This document shows, one piece after another, positions 56,210 to 56,694 of a stretch of 56,694 bases of DNA. Source of the stretch: Candidatus Fermentibacteraceae bacterium (GTDB lineage Bacteria; Fermentibacterota; Fermentibacteria; Fermentibacterales; JCC-6); assembly GCA_041686025.1 (NCBI GenBank), contig JAWLEP010000019.1, forward strand, positions 1 through 56,694, given 5' to 3'. The notes below the pieces were generated by a model. The model ran no database searches. It saw only the letters and a list, made by a program, of their open reading frames with translations, and was not told the DNA's origin. Each line of letters opens with the position of its first letter. The stretch's first letter is position 1. The position numbers and the translations under genes are program-made.

Positions 56210-56694
56210 GTGTTTAAAAGGGCAACGGCGATAGCGTTCGCCATGGTCCTGCTGATCGCGTTCTCCGCGACGGCAGCTACCACCGGCAAGATAGCCGGCC
56301 GCGTCACCGACCAGGACGGCAATCCCCTGGTGGGCGCCACCGTTATGGTGGTCGGCACGTCATTCGGTGCCATGACGGACGCCAACGGAGAGTACTACAT
56401 CATCAACCTTCCGCCCGATACCTACACCATCAGGGCCAGCATGGTGGGTATGGGCGCCAAGGAGGCGCAGGGCGTCCAGGTGATCACGGACCAGACGACC
56501 CGCATGGACTTCGAGCTCGACCCGGAGGCCACGGGAGTCACGGTCATCACAGTCACCGACCAGAGGGGCATGATCCTCAGGGACGTCACCATATCCGTGC
56601 ACGTGGTTGGCCGTGAGGACATCGAGACCATGCCCGTGGCCGGCGTGGCCGACATAGTCAGCCGCCAGGCCGGTATGACCGTGCTCGACGGGAC
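56210..56694 (+). CDS. TonB-dependent receptor-type protein, N-terminal carboxypeptidase-regulatory-like domain (3' truncated; absent from the ORF track)
   Basis: SD AAAGGAG, GTG; signal peptide, then TTGKIAGRVTD..GNPLVGATV..GAMTDANGEYYIINLPP; plug-like start EDIETMPV. Confidence 0.85.
   Translation, partial: MFKRATAIAFAMVLLIAFSATAATTGKIAGRVTDQDGNPLVGATVMVVGTSFGAMTDANGEYYIINLPPDTYTIRASMVGMGAKEAQGVQVITDQTTRMDFELDPEATGVTVITVTDQRGMILRDVTISVHVVGREDIETMPVAGVADIVSRQAGMTVLDG

Overview
High-GC bacterial chromosomal window with about 45 genes and two tRNAs, mostly housekeeping. There is no integrase, transposase or CRISPR array. The porX-tsaE pairing, lipoproteins and a TonB-receptor-type start suggest a diderm FCB-group-like organism (inference). 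Left part: a partial PAS histidine kinase with an NtrC-like regulator whose ATPase and sigma54-contact motifs have decayed; xth; a GT-C glycosyltransferase; a double Tim44/zinc-ribbon/TerB protein; a coupled operon larA-like, histidine kinase, porX-like, tsaE, tsaB, rimI::PNP fusion, folC; an adenylate cyclase-AAA-TPR protein; tRNA-Val; an ACT-like protein; tRNA-Met; two sulfatase-like lipoproteins. Right part: tilS-hpt-ftsH-folE-folP-cdaA plus a degenerate prenyltransferase; priA; an amidohydrolase; an M16 peptidase pair; a heterodimeric ABC exporter; gcvT-H-PA-PB. The best candidates for novelty are: (1) an 8-gene module continuing the gcv operon, made of a GlmL-type ASKHA ATPase with no glutamate mutase nearby, a hybrid-barrel/KOW partner and four membrane subunits, two of which look paralogous; (2) three AT-rich GGGACGGAG-ended inverted-repeat elements with co-varying arms and a constant 30-nt centre, each between convergent genes; (3) a promoter-hairpin-U-tract candidate sRNA with an anti-Shine-Dalgarno loop just upstream of tRNA-Val. 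All family calls come from motif recognition by eye; no database search was run.
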